A stretch of DNA of 64,000 nucleotides, taken from positions 42,172 to 106,171 of the forward strand of contig NW_027192193.1 of assembly GCF_041956535.1 (NCBI RefSeq). The letters run 5' to 3'. The first letter of the stretch is position 1, and every line of letters starts with the position of its first letter. Position numbers and translations under genes: made by a program. This DNA comes from Calcarisporiella thermophila CBS 279.70. Its lineage: Eukaryota > Fungi > Calcarisporiellomycota. The notes under the pieces are model-generated. The model did not search any database. It was given only the letters and a program-made list of their open reading frames with translations, and was not told the origin of the DNA. Of this stretch, positions 36,701 through 50,122 are shown piece after piece.

Positions 36701-37780
36701 ATAAGTGTCAAAGGACCCGAGTTGCTGAACAAGTATATTGGAGCGAGTGAGAAGTCCGTTAGAGATCTCTTTGAGCGTGCTCAAGCCGCGAAGCCTTGTG
36801 TGCTTTTCTTCGATGAATTCGACTCGGTCGCCACTAAGAGAGGGCATGATAGTACTGGAGTGACAGATCGGGTGGTGAATCAGATGCTGACCCAAATGGA
36901 CGGAGCTGAAGGATTGGAGGGGGTATACGTACTAGCTGCAACCAGGTAATCAAAAGAACCCCTATGAATGCATTCTATTTCGCATGCTCAATTGCTTCTC
37001 AATTTTCCTAGCCGCCCGGATCTAATAGATCCTGCCCTGTTGCGGCCTGGACGCCTTGACAAGGCACTTCTTTGCGGGATTCCAACCGAGGAGGATCGCT
37101 ACGAAATTCTCTCCTGTCTCGCATCCAAAATGAGCCTTGATAAGTCGATTGATTTACGGAACTACTCTCGTCGTTCGGAAGGATTTACTGGAGCCGATCT
37201 ACAGGCCTTTCTGTACAACGCATACTTGGAGGCAATACATGATTGTGTAAGCGCCGAGAGTCTAAGCCGAACGCGAAAGCTGGAAGGAGAGGAGGAAGAA
37301 ATGGCATTTACCGCCTTCGAAAGCATCGAGGGAGAGGGTGTGAAGAGCCAGAACATCACGGTGGCGGAACGGGGGTTAATCTCGCGTCGGGTTTGTATCC
37401 AATAGCCTACATGTTATAGTCAATCGCCTGTTTTGTTGACGTGTTTAATTTCGGGTAGCTTGGCCTCATCCGTAAGGGGCTAAGTCGCAACCATACGGAC
37501 ACAACCACTACTTCCAATCCTATTGCGGACCTACAGAAAAAAACGGTAAGCTGCTCATTTTGTGGCTCGTCTATCTTCTTATTTCCTCACAATTCCCCTT
37601 TAGGCCGTGATCACCGAACAACACCTGGAAAAATCCCTGGCGGCAACTCGTCCAAGCATCACCCCTCAAGAGCATCAGCGCCTTGACGCCATCTATCGGG
37701 AATTTGTCAGTGGACGGAATGGAGAGATGCCAACCGGTGAAGGGGTGAAAGAGATTGGAAAGCGTTCAACTCTAATGTAA
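33783..37780 (+). CDS. PEX1: Peroxisomal AAA-ATPase Pex1, multi-exon
   Basis: [30 protein letters not shown]; two AAA modules (GGHGSGKT; [37 protein letters not shown]); ends GKRSTLM*; internal poly-Q. Confidence 0.95.
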
Positions 37781-37970
37781 TATTCCAAGTTTCAATAGAG
37801 CAAATTAATTTCTTTAGAGTTTCTATGTTTATAATAAAGTAATAAACATAAGAAATTAATGGGGAAAAAAAAAGGATGCATATATATATAAATATTACAA
37901 AAAGGAAGAATCGGAAACAGGAAATAGAAGAGAAACAGCAGATTTCTCCAAAGGACAACAAAAATAAAGG

Positions 37971-39645
37971 CTACAATAAGTCATCGTCATCTTCATGCTG
38001 AGGTGGTTGAGGCCTAGAGGGTGAACTTGTTGGAGGGGGTTGCACAGGAGACGAATAAGCTTCATGAGGATGTTTCTTGATCCCGAGCGACGAAAAGTGT
38101 TCATTGAAGTCATAATCCGATGCCTCCTGTAATGGCTCTACACCAGCATTAGATTTCGTGGGTGGAGCCGGTTCAGGAGCGTCTGGTGAGTAGGCTTGAC
38201 CATAAATTGGCGGCAGAGGTTTTGTATCCTCATAAGGACTTGAACTTGATTGCTCGATGGCTGGGGCCTGACCACCAGAGGGCAGTGGATATTTCGATGG
38301 TGTAGAAGGTTGCCATTGAGTCTGGGACCCTTGCCATTTTTCATTTTGTGTGTTGGGCGGCGCAGGTGGGGTGTACGCATGCACCTGAGAAGCAGGCGCC
38401 TTTGGCTTTTCATCGTAGCGGTGTGCAGATCCTACAGGTTGGAAAGGCACCTTATTATCTCGCGGATAATCACTTCTAGCATAATTGCCCGCAGAATAAG
38501 CCGGAGGAGGAGCATTTCCGGGTGGTGCGAGTCCACCCTCGCCTCCCCCGCTCAGCATATCTCCAGGAATCCGCAGAGAGTGGACTAGTCGAGTCACCTC
38601 CGCATCGAGAAAATTGACACTTGGCTTGCGAATTGTTGCGTTGAGAATTTCCTGGTCATTCTGCTCGAAAGCCTCAAGAAGTGCTTGTGCTGTGGCAGCC
38701 TCGTCGGAGCCTAGGAAACCAGGATCTTGTCCACTAAGAGATCATACAGACCCGTGGATTAGAGACTTCCTTCAAGCAATTCAGAAGTAAATACTTACAT
38801 GCACGCTTCAAACTGTCGACCAGCTTCAACCTCATCGCCCAAAGCCAGAAGAACAATCACTATTGTTAAGAAGGATTTATGCAAAAAGCTCTTGCCGGTC
38901 ATTGTGGAAAGAATTTTGCATTGGCGCTGGAGCATTTCGACAGCTTGCTCAAAACTTTAAGCGGATTATTATTAGATTTTGACTCTCTCCAAAGATTAAA
39001 ATATCTTACCGCTTGTGTCGAATCATGAGCGAGATTGTCTGCTTAAAAGTATCTAGGGCCATTCTCCCTCGATCTTCTGACTCATATAATCCGCAAGAGG
39101 CCACGTAATATTCCAAAGCAGCATCGATATTGACCGGCTCCAGACACTTCCCGGCTCGCTCAAGCATTACAGCGGCTCTATCCGCGGACATATGAGCTTG
39201 GTATAGATCACTAGCTTTCTTGTAGCATTCTGCTGCTCTCTCGGGCTGCCGCATCTGCTGGGCAATTATTTGAGCAGCGGACTCAAGTGCTCTTGCGGCC
39301 ATGTAAACCCTGCCCAAAAGACCCATATAGGTGAGACGATGCAAAAGATTAGACGAAAGATCGAGTGGCAATATTTACGCATCGGCTTTCAATAATGCTT
39401 CGGACGCCTTTGTATACGCAGTAACGGCCTGTTCATATGATCGTGCTGCCTTAAAGCATGTCCCAGCTTTCTCGTAGTATTGGCCAGCGATGTCCCAATC
39501 CGGCTTCTTGAACCAGCTCTTCGTGGAGCTAATAGGTGGAAAGACATCACAATAACAGTAATAAACTAGCATAGTCAGCGGATACGCACGCTTTATCTCC
39601 ATCAGCCATGAACTGAGCACCTTCGCGAATTTTGCTTGCCTCCAT
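37971..39645 (-). CDS. NAPG: Gamma-SNAP with Pro-rich C-terminal extension, multi-exon
   Basis: KSWFKKPDWDIAGQYYEKAGTCFKAA; TPR-like SNAP helices; acidic C-terminus DDDDLL. Confidence 0.75.
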
Positions 39646-39837
39646 TATTAAGTCGATTTTCAATAAAAAAAAAGGGCGTTGCTTGGAGATTCAACCCCTA
39701 GAATTAATTATGAAATGGATCTCTGATGAGATAGCTCTGGATAACCGTTGTGACTGCAAAACGAGCAAAGCCACTAATATGTTTACAATACACTGAGAAA
39801 GTAGTCCGCTCCGAAGAACTTATTGTCTCGAGACTCA

Positions 39838-42800
39838 ATGGAGGCGAAGGAGAATAAGGCCCATCGGCCGCGGCAAGCAGGAAGCAAGGCGGATAAAAAG
39901 AACAATAAGCAGAATAAGCAGAATAATGAAAAGAATCCCAAGGTAAAGCTTATCGGAATGAGAATGAAATTGTCTTTTTATAAGGCTAAGTTATGCTAAT
40001 TGCCCATATGATCACAGGCATTTGCCCCCTTCAAGGGAAGAAAGGCCGACAAGGCCGTACGACGTAAACTCGATCTAAATGAGAAGAAATTACATGTTCC
40101 TCTCGTAGACAGAACCCCCATCGAGCCACCTCCTATCGTTGTAGCCGTTGTAGGCCCACCTGGAGTCAGTATTCTTTCGTGCTCGGAATTACTAGCCCGA
40201 TTGAATGTGTTACTAACCTTGATACATTCTGTTTGCCCATCCATGTAGACTGGAAAGACGACCCTAATTAAATCGCTTGTAAAGAGATTTACAAAGCACA
40301 GTCTCTCGGAGATCAAGGGCCCGATTACGGTTGTCAGTGGAAAGAAGCGCCGACTAACATTCATTGAGTGTGCAAATGATCTCAACGCCATGATCGATGT
40401 AGCTAAAATTGCTGACTTGGTATTGTTGTTAATCGACGCTAGTTTTGGCTTCGAAATGGTAATATTCTTTGTTTTTTTGGCGATAAGCTATTACGGGTTT
40501 TTGCGTTTGCCGAATCAGGGACTAACGGCTATTTTGCGACATATAGGAAACCTTTGAGTTCCTTAACATTCTGCAGGTACACGGGTTTCCTCGCATCATG
40601 GGCGTCCTCACTCATCTCGACCATATCAAAAAAACAAAAACTCTACGAAACACCAAGAAGCGGTTAAAACATCGTTTTTGGACCGAAATCTATCAGGGTG
40701 CAAAACTCTTCTATCTCTCCGGAGTCATCAATGGTCGCTATCCTAATCAGGAAGTTCACAATTTGTCGCGGTTCATATCTGTGATGAAATTCCGCCCGCT
40801 AATTTGGCGCAATACCCATTCCTATATGCTCGCTGACCGCATGGAGGATCTGACCGACCCCGAGGCGGTAAGAAAGGACCCGAAAATGGATCGAACGGTC
40901 ACTCTGTACGGCTATTTGCGGGGGACAAACATGAAACAGGGTGGAAAGGTGCATATTCCAGGGGCAGGTGATGCCTATATAGAAGAATTAAGTGTCCTCA
41001 CCGACCCGTGTCCACTGCCCGATAAAGTTCGGAGGAGTTTGAGCGAAAAACAAAAGTTAATTTTTGCACCCATGAGCGATGTAGGAGGTATCATGTACGA
41101 TAAAGATGCAGTGTATATTAATGTACCAGGAAGCTTTACAAAGAAGGCAGGAGCGGAGGCTGAGGATGGAGATGAAGGTATTTTTTTTTTTCACTTAACC
41201 GCACTGAACGATATTCAAACATCTTACATAATCCCTATTTTTTCTTAAAGAAGATGAAGTTCACCAAGGTCCGGGCGAAAAAATGGTCATCGACCTACAA
41301 GACGCCCCAGACACCCTTGCAGCTCAATTAAATGAAAGCGAACTGCCCATCTTCAGCAATACCACTATGCGTGCAGAAGATTTAGATAACGAGGAAGAGG
41401 ATTCGAGTATGCCAAATCACGGAGCCTACGAAAAAATCGTCACGGATATCAATGGACGCCGTAGGCGGAAGGCTATGTTTGCTGGAGAAGAAGATGAAGA
41501 AGACGACGATGATGATGATGAAGAGCAAGGAGAAGAAGACCAGTCTGAGGAAGAGGAGTTTGAGGATGATGAAGAGGTGGAGAGTGGTGAAGACGAAGGG
41601 GAGGGTGAAAAGTCTGACAGGCGAAGAGCATTCAGCCGTTACGAAGTCCGACACTTTGACGATAAAGATAGCGATGCAAGCGACGGTGAGCAAAAAGAGG
41701 AGCAGATTGTGTATGCTGAGAGCGACAGTGACCTTGGTGATTTAAGTGATGATGATGATGTTGTTGAGGACGGCGGAGAGTTGCGATGGAAATCTAACTT
41801 GGCCGAGCGGGCTCAACAAATGTTTTATTCCAAGAGACGCGTCAATATCATGCAGCTTATCTATGACCGGACCGATTTAACGCCTGAGCAGATCGCAAAG
41901 GGAGATATCGATCAAGAAGAAGAATCTCAAGACGTCGATGGAGAAGCTAGCGAGGAGCAAGGCAGCGATGATGAAGAATTCTTTGAAATAAAACGCTCCG
42001 ACCAAAGTCAAATATCCAAATCCGACAGCGCCATCGATTCCAACAAAGCTGCACTACATTATGAAGATCTCGATGACTGGGATGACGAGGAAGCGCTTGA
42101 GTCGATCCGCAATCGATTCATCACTGGATCCCTGGATGGGGACGAGGTGAACGGAGAAGGCAACGAGCAATCCGCCGCAAATGAAGAAGAAGAGGATGAG
42201 GTGTACGGTGATTTTGAGGACCTTGAAGCTGGCGAAACCGGCGCCGCGCCCAACGGCAATCAAGAGGAAAAATCTGCAGAGGAGCTAGAGCGCGAAGCAC
42301 TCGAGAAGAAGAAAGAAGAACTCAAACGTAAATTTGACGCCGAGTATGACGGGGATAATGAGGGCCCAAAACAGGACTTTTACGAAGAGGAGAAGGATAA
42401 AATTGCACAGCAGTTGCAGATCAACCGCGAGGAATTTGAGGACGATGACCCAAGCGTGCGTGCTCGTGTTGAAGGGTTTAGGGCGGGCTCGTATGTTCGT
42501 GTCTTACTAAAGAACATGCCATGCGAATTCGTACAGAATTTCAACCCCCACTACCCAGTCATTGTTGGAGGGTTGCTGCACACAGAGGAAAACTTTGGCT
42601 TTGTACAGGTAACTAAATCCATTTAGCTCACTGTATTATTTCTTGATATTAACTCCCTCTTTGAACTAGGTCCGAATCAAGCGGCACCGTTGGCACCGCA
42701 AAATTCTTAAAACAAATGACCCTCTTATCTTCTCTATTGGATGGCGCCGCTTCCAGTCCATTCCTATTTACTCCCTTAATGATGGTACTCGCAATCGTAT

Positions 42801-43973
42801 GCTTAAATATACCCCAGAACATATGCACTGCCTTGCCACATTCTATGGTAAGATCTAGCTCTTCTCACTGACCAAATTTGATCCTTTTGTGACCTCTTCA
42901 ATGGAATAGGACCCATCCACGCGCCAAATACAGGTGTCTGCGCAGTTCAATCAGTTACTGAGAATTCCAACGCTGCTTTCCGCATTAGCGCCACTGGTGT
43001 CGTGCTAGACATCAATCAGTCTGTGGAAATCGTGAAGAAGCTTAAGCTCACGGGAACACCTTACAAGATCTACAAGCATACTGCATTCATCAGAGACATG
43101 TTCAACTCTGCCCTTGAAGTGACAAAGTTCGAAGGTGCAGGAATACGCACCGTGTCAGGAATTCGTGGACAAGTGAAGAAGCCCTTGGCTGTAAGTATTC
43201 TATTTGAAAACCTCTTCTTCCCCTCCCCCTCAAGCTAAAATATTTAATACCAACCATTGCATCTAGAAACCCGAGGGTCACTTCCGTGCTACGTTCGAGG
43301 ATAAAATCCTCAAGAGCGACATTGTATTTTTGCGTGCATGGTATCCCATCAAGCCTCGCAAATTCTACAACCCCGTTACCTCTCTTCTGCTCGCAGATAA
43401 AAACTCATGGCTAGGAATGCGCCTCACATCACAAGTGCGTCGTGAGCAGGGATTACGTGCACCACAAAATCCAGACTCAACTTATAGAGTAAGTGCTATT
43501 CTCCAACCATTTCTCCATACCCAAGTGTTTACACCTCTCTCCTTTGCCTCGCTGCTTCCTTCCAATTGCTTTCTTAGCCTATCGAACGTAAAACGCGTCG
43601 ATTCAACTCCCTACGTATTCCCAAGTCTCTGCAATCCGAGCTGCCGTTCGCCTCTAAACCCAAGATCACTGGCAAACGCACAACCAAGGGCTACCTGCAG
43701 AAGCGTGCAGTAGTGCTCGAACCGGGAGAGCGCAAGATCTACACTCTGATGCAACAACTCAACACGCTGAAGCACGAGAAGATACGAAAACGCAAGTTGA
43801 AGCAAGAAGAGAAGCGCGGAGAATATCTGCGCAAGAAGGCGAAGCTCGATGCCGATTCCGCAGAAAAAGACAAGGAGCGACGAAGAGAGTACTATCGGAA
43901 GGAAGGGAAGAAAGCGGCGGCAAGCGAATCCTCTTCCCGGAAGCGAATCAAAGTAGCAAAAGTTTCCTCATAA
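39838..43973 (+). CDS. BMS1: Ribosome biogenesis GTPase Bms1, multi-exon
   Basis: VVGPPG|[39 protein letters not shown], acidic middle region, [16 protein letters not shown]. Confidence 0.96.
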
Positions 43974-44164
43974 TCCATTACCCTCGCAATTAATACAAAT
44001 AAAGCAATTCTTGGATATTTATTGGACGCTTTTCCTCACTACGATCCTGAAGCACAAGAAAAATAACAAATAACCAAATTTTCATTTTTTAAGCAATCAT
44101 ATTACATTATTTCAGGGCAATTTCTAACATTAGATATCACATAAGGACCATCATTTAGTTATAA

Positions 44165-45965
44165 TTAAGAGCTATTGTCCGGCTCCTCGCTCTTCTCTCT
44201 CTCATTACTGTTGTCCTTCTCTTCGGTATCATTCGGGAACAAGAGGTGAGGCCGTTCATTAGCCACCTCCAACAACAGCTCTCCGAAAACTGTATTCGCC
44301 CATGCAAACCAGTCTCGCGAGAAGTCCGAGGGGTTGTCGACATCGAAGGATTCATGCATAAGGCCAGTACCGCCGGTCGTGTCCCGCAACGTTCTTAACA
44401 TCCTTTTGATCTCTTCATCGCTGGTCGACGTTAGTGCCTGCATGGCGAAGGCGAGTGGCCAGGGCCGCTGTAGCCCCGTATGGGGTGAGCCGATCCCGGG
44501 GTATTTACCTCTCGCGTAATAAGGATTCCAGTTTGAAAGAATGAATCGACGGGTCGTTAGGTATACTGGGTCGTCCTTCTTGACAAATCCAAGTGAAGGA
44601 AGCGAAAGCAGCGATGGTATGTTGGCATCGTCCATCAAGAGGTGTGAGCCATAGCCATCAACTTCGTAAGCATACATGCGCCCAAATTCTGGGTGGGTCA
44701 CAATGCCATATTTATCGATTGCCTTTCGCACCTGCTTTGAGAGCTCACGAGCATCTTTTGAAAGCTCTTGAGCCAGATCTTTAGCATTGAGTATTTCGGC
44801 AAGCTGATCCAAGCCTACTGCAGCCATTGCGTTCGCCGGGATAAGGAACGGAAAGATCGAGCTGTCGTCCGAAGGCCGGAAGTGCGATTTAATTAGGCCG
44901 CATTGACTAACGGGATTTCCGATTCCATTCAACGAGAGTGTTTCCGTTGTGGTTCGAGTAAGACGCGTAAAATTGTATGCAGAGTGGTTCAATTCCTCAA
45001 AAGTCCCCTTCTGCTGTACCCTCATTGTCATCACGACTAGCTTTGCGGCCTCAAGCCATTTGGGATTCTTCGTGAATGACGCGTCGCCCGTAGCATTGAA
45101 GTAGCGATATGAAAGACGTAGGAACGAGGCAAGGCTATCGAGCTCGTACTTAGCCTCCCATACCACGGAAGCGTCATAAGGGGGATAGACTTGATCGGAC
45201 TGGGCCCATTTGTTCGTTTGAAACTTAATTTGGGCTTCCTTGGGGGGACGGAAGGCGTTTCCATATGGGTATGAAAGGATTTGCTCGGCTTGCATGTTAA
45301 TGACCCCAAGAATTAAACGCTGTAGCGCAGGATCTTCCGGGGCATAGGGGATATACGGGAGTACCTATTGGAGAAACAATGAAGAGTAAGACCTCTCTAA
45401 GCCTTGTAGCGCTTGCCATAAACCCATACCTGGTTAGTGGAGTCGCGTAACCACATGGCAGGGATATCTATCGAGGTGAAAAAGAAAATGGGGTAATATT
45501 TCCACACTGAAATAAGGAACAACCAATGTATACTCTATTTACCTCCTGTGATAACAAAAGTAAGCGGCACATTTCCACTGTCCTTGTGCCATGCAATTGT
45601 AGTGTCTATCGATGAAAGGATATCAGAAACAAGATAGTGTCCTCAAAATTCCTCCTCTGTCAAAATTTATATTCTCTATATTCACCTAAGGTATTCGGAA
45701 AGCAGTTCTGGAACATCATGGCAAGATCCTTATCCGCCATTCGCTTGGTCATGTTCGCAATTACTTTTTCAATCGCGTCGCTGCTAAATTTTCGCTTACC
45801 TCGTGGAGGACGCGCATTGGGCAGTTTTAATGGCCCAGTCGAGTTGGTATGAACTTCAGAGTCAGGAGAATCAGGATGTCGTTTGTACGGGTGAGCCATG
45901 ACGGCATGGAAGCTGAGAACAGCACAAATAACTGCAAACAACAGCAGGCATAGAGCTTTTGACAT
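44165..45965 (-). CDS. GH125 exo-alpha-1,6-mannosidase (DUF1237), secreted, multi-exon
   Basis: Signal peptide; FQNCFPNTL, ITG|DIPAMWLRDSTNQ, VWEAKYELDSL, FRPSDD, MDDANIPSLL, GSPHT, MHESF, FAWAN. Confidence 0.92.
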
Positions 45966-47049
45966 TACTAGCAACAAATCTGATTAGAGGACCACGCGCA
46001 TCAAGTTGAGAGAAGGGGAATGGAAAACTCGGTGAGCGTCTGCACAGGCTCACGTTTATACAAGACGATGGCCTAGTTTCCCGCGCTTCCTTCTCTGTGA
46101 AAAACTTTAAGCGAGGTTGTACGAAAAGGCTAAAGGGAAACTGAGAGAGGGATCAGGGGAAGATTTAATAAGCAAGATACAGGTGCGCTCCCTACAAACA
46201 TGCAGGCCATTCACATGGGAGATGGTCGAAAGCAGGTTAGTTTGCTTAGTTGAGCGGGTCAATCAAGTTTATTTTATTTCTATTACTATCTGGTCGATGG
46301 GATTATACAATCGGTCAAATTTACAGCATTTGATCTGATTTCATTTACGACTGGCTCCGAAATATGACCAACGGATGATTGAAGGAGAAATAGAAAACTT
46401 CCTCTAGGGACATAGGGGACCGATTGGATACTGCCGATCTTGGAAAGATTTCCCAATACATAGTACGGCCGAATCAGAGGGGGACTCCCATCTCAATGGG
46501 CAAGAACATATAGCACGGATAGTTATGTACTAAGCCAAACGCATCCTTGGTACTCCATGTATACTACGGTATACTCCAATGTCTATTATAGTATACTACA
46601 TCTTTGGATCAATAATCCCTACCGCAGAACGGACATAATCCGAGGGAGGGGGGGACAGCCTCGAGATGTGAAAATCCTACTATTACTTAGAATTGAAATT
46701 GTTCAATATTAGAAATGCCTTTTTATGTAAGATAGAATTGCACGTCAATATTTGGTGTCCATAACGGAATGTCATCCTGAGAAGGAGAGGTAGTAGCGAT
46801 AGAGTATAATGGTATCAGCAAAAGAGAGTCTAATATTTAGCTTATCTTTAAAATTTTAAGAATATTAAATGGCATCGGCAACTACACTAAAGATAAAAGA
46901 GGAAAATAAAAAAACAACTTTTGCTTGACGCAAGCGGAATAGGAGGAAAATAAAAAATACAGCGGATAGAGAGAGCATATGGGATAACTAGAAGGTAATA
47001 AATAACATCCACATAGGAAATCTCTGCGATTGCATAGGGGGAAATCGAA

Positions 47050-50000
47050 TTAGTTAGGATTCGATTTGAGCCAGTTGGCAACATCTTGGGCGTCGCGAGT
47101 GACCCAACCAATACGCACGCGAGCACTCTCTATGGCCTGCTGCAGATGGCGGGTGTAGCTGCTAGTATCTTGCTGTTGCTTGAAAAAGGCCTCGGCATCG
47201 TCGAGGGCAGCTTGTGAGGCGAAATTACCCACGCTGCTTTTGATGATGTTGCCAAGCAAGTTGGTGGTGCCCTGGTAACGGTCGAGGAGCGTCTTCCAGT
47301 TCTCCTTAATGAAAGCCCAAAGAGCAGGGCGAGCCTCGGGATTGTTTCCAAGAGCGGCGAAGGGAGTGTTGATGTCCTGGTTACGTACCTCACTGCTAAG
47401 ACTCAGATTCAGGGTGCGCTGGATAAGCTCGGGCTGCTTGGCATAGCCAAGGGCACGGAGGGCAAGCAGTTTCTGGTCGATCAGGGGGCTTTCGCGGTAG
47501 AGCTTCAATACAGCCTCATACTCGGCAACACCGCCTGTCGCAACCACAACCTCGTACACGAATTGCCGCACGTTGGGGTTGAGCGCGGAGGCATTACCCT
47601 GCACAAAGCTGTTGAAGCGAGCCTTGGCTTCATTCACCACATCAGTGTCGTTGGCACGCGCAGCAGCCGCCAAGACATTTGTACGCCTCGTCACGGTAAT
47701 GTAGTCCTCGCCATCAGCGAAATCCCACCCAACCTGCTTCGCCAGATTGGCGAACACTTTGCGTTGGATGTCCAACAGTCCAGCCCGAGCCTCCTGCGGC
47801 TGTTCGGACCACGCGGCTCGGAATGAAGCCAGCCCCGTGGCCACCTCTCCAAGTACAATGGGGTTCTGTTCATTCTGATAAGCCTGCACAAGACTGAGAT
47901 AGTTGCTGGTCTTGTCGTATCCAGCCTTGGCAAGGTGCACGGCATCGGTGATAAGGTTCAATCGGTCAGTGTCGTTGAACACACCGCCCTTCTTAACGGC
48001 CTCAATAATCTTGTTGAGCAAATCGGTGGAGTACTTGACACGATATACTCCATCGAAATCATGGTTGAGTTTGATGATGTTACCCTTGACTTCGAAAGTG
48101 CCCTCACGCTCAGTGAGCGTAAGGTTATTGGGGGTGGCATTCTCTCCCGCGTCAGGGCTGTAGACGAAGAGCGGAACGGGCCAAATGGTGGTATCTTCCT
48201 CGGGCTTCGCGTCTCCAGAGGCGATAAAGCGATTCTGTTTGACATGGATTTTACCCGGTTCGGGTTGGTCCACGGTAATCAAGGGGAAACCAACCACCTT
48301 AGTCCAAGGCGACATGAACTTATTGACATCGATGCCAGATATCTCACCGAGAGTGGCCCAGAGATCCTATTAAGATGGAGCGAAAGCACGGGATAAGAAA
48401 AGATGAGTGAGCCAGAACTTTCATCCGTCCTACAATCGAGTATGCTTACCGAAGTCTTTGCATTTCCGAACTTGTGCTTGTCAAGATAAGCACTCACACC
48501 CTTGAGGAACACCTCTTGAGTCAGATAAGAGTCGGCCATGCGGATCACACTAGAGCCCTTGCTGTAAGAAATGTCATCAAAGATCTGGACGGCGTCTGCA
48601 GCAGCGCGCACGTTAGCCTCGATGGGGTGGGAGGAGCGCAGAGCATCTAGAATGAGACCACTCTCGACTTCATCGGCAACGAAGTAGGTCCAATGGTTCC
48701 ATTCGGGGAAGAGGGTGTCCACGGCCAGAGCAGCGATCCAAGTGGCGAATCCTTCGTTGAGCCAGAGATCTGCATTCAAGGGGGGAGAGTGGGGTATATT
48801 GAGCAACCTGCATTCCGAACACCGAATAATCAGCCTACTACTTACCATTCCACCAGTCCATTGTAACGAGGTTACCCGTCCATTGATGGGCCAGCTCGTG
48901 GGCCACCACGCTTGCCACACCCAACTTCTGGCTAGCGCTCGACGATTTCTCATCGTAATAAAGTCGCGAGGCTCTGTAAGTAACCAATCCCCAGTTCTCC
49001 ATGGCACCGCTAGAGAAGTCCGGCACCGCAAGCATATCCAGTTTGGGGAGAGGGTAGGGTTGCTTAAAGGTCTTGGCGTAGTATTCTAAGACGCGAGTGG
49101 CGACATCCAAAGCAAACTTTCCGAGTTCCTTATTGCCGGGAGTAGTGTAGACACGGCAGAGCACCGGTTTCCCACCATTATTTTCGCCGGTGGTTTTGGC
49201 CTCGATGTATTCGAACTCTCCAACGGCGAAAGCAACCAGCTGCACGATGAAGAGAAATAGGGGAATAAAATTTTCAGTTAGATGCAAAGGGATCACACCA
49301 TGATCAGGTGAAACAGTGTCTTACGTAGGTACTAATAGGTACGGATTGGGCAAATCGTACCCGTTTCAGCCCGCCATCAATGTTGGTCTCCTCCAATACA
49401 TTCATGTTGGAGAGGGCGACCTTATCTTGAGGCACCACGAGAGTGATGTTATAAGTAGCTTTCAGGTTGGGCTAGAGGATAAACAAAAAAATTATCCGAT
49501 CAGTATTTGGACGGAAGGAGGAGGGGGCATGATCACCTACCTCATCCCAGGACGGGAATGCGCGTCTAGCATCTGCGGGCTCAAAATCTGTGCTTGCCAT
49601 GTAGCGGGTCTCGTTTCCGACGGTATACTTGCTGCGGTAGAAGCCGCTGAGTCCTTCGCTGATGTTGCCGCTGAAGCGGACATTAAGAAGAGCGGTGGTA
49701 TTTGCCTTGAGTGGTTCGGGAACCACGACGGTGATGCGCTGGCCCTCGATATCATAGATCACGCCAGACTCGGGGATGGCGTGTTCCTTGTCAGGAAGAC
49801 GCACAGTGGCGCTAAGAACCTTGTGGCCGATATCATTGAAGGTGATGTTGGCCCCATCCTGCTGGACAATCAAACTGTGAGAATAGGCAAGAAAGAGTCA
49901 GTGTCTGCTGAAGTTTCCAGGCTCCAAACAGGCCGATACTCACTGAGTCGTGATGTCGCCCTCGTATGTGAAGGCAGCTAGATTCGGGGTGATGGTCAGG

Positions 50001-50122
50001 TCATAATGGGTTGGTTTAACGTTTTGCGGAAGGATGACCCTTTCGGTGGAGGGGGCGGGCGGGTTCTGGGCCACGGCCGAGAGGACGCCGAGCCCAAGGA
50101 TGAGAGCCAACTTGGCGAGCAT
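47050..50122 (-). CDS. M1 family zinc aminopeptidase (Ape2/PSA-like) with signal peptide, multi-exon
   Basis: GAMENWGL, VAHELAHQW, LWLNEGFA, FDDISYSKG; ERAP1_C-like tail. Confidence 0.95.

Noticed and set aside
41283-42626. Very acidic low-complexity ORF
   Set aside because: Normal acidic middle region of Bms1.
47563-49981. Long antisense ORFs over the aminopeptidase gene (and over the retroelement)
   Set aside because: Shadow ORFs from GC-rich codon bias; no recognisable motifs.
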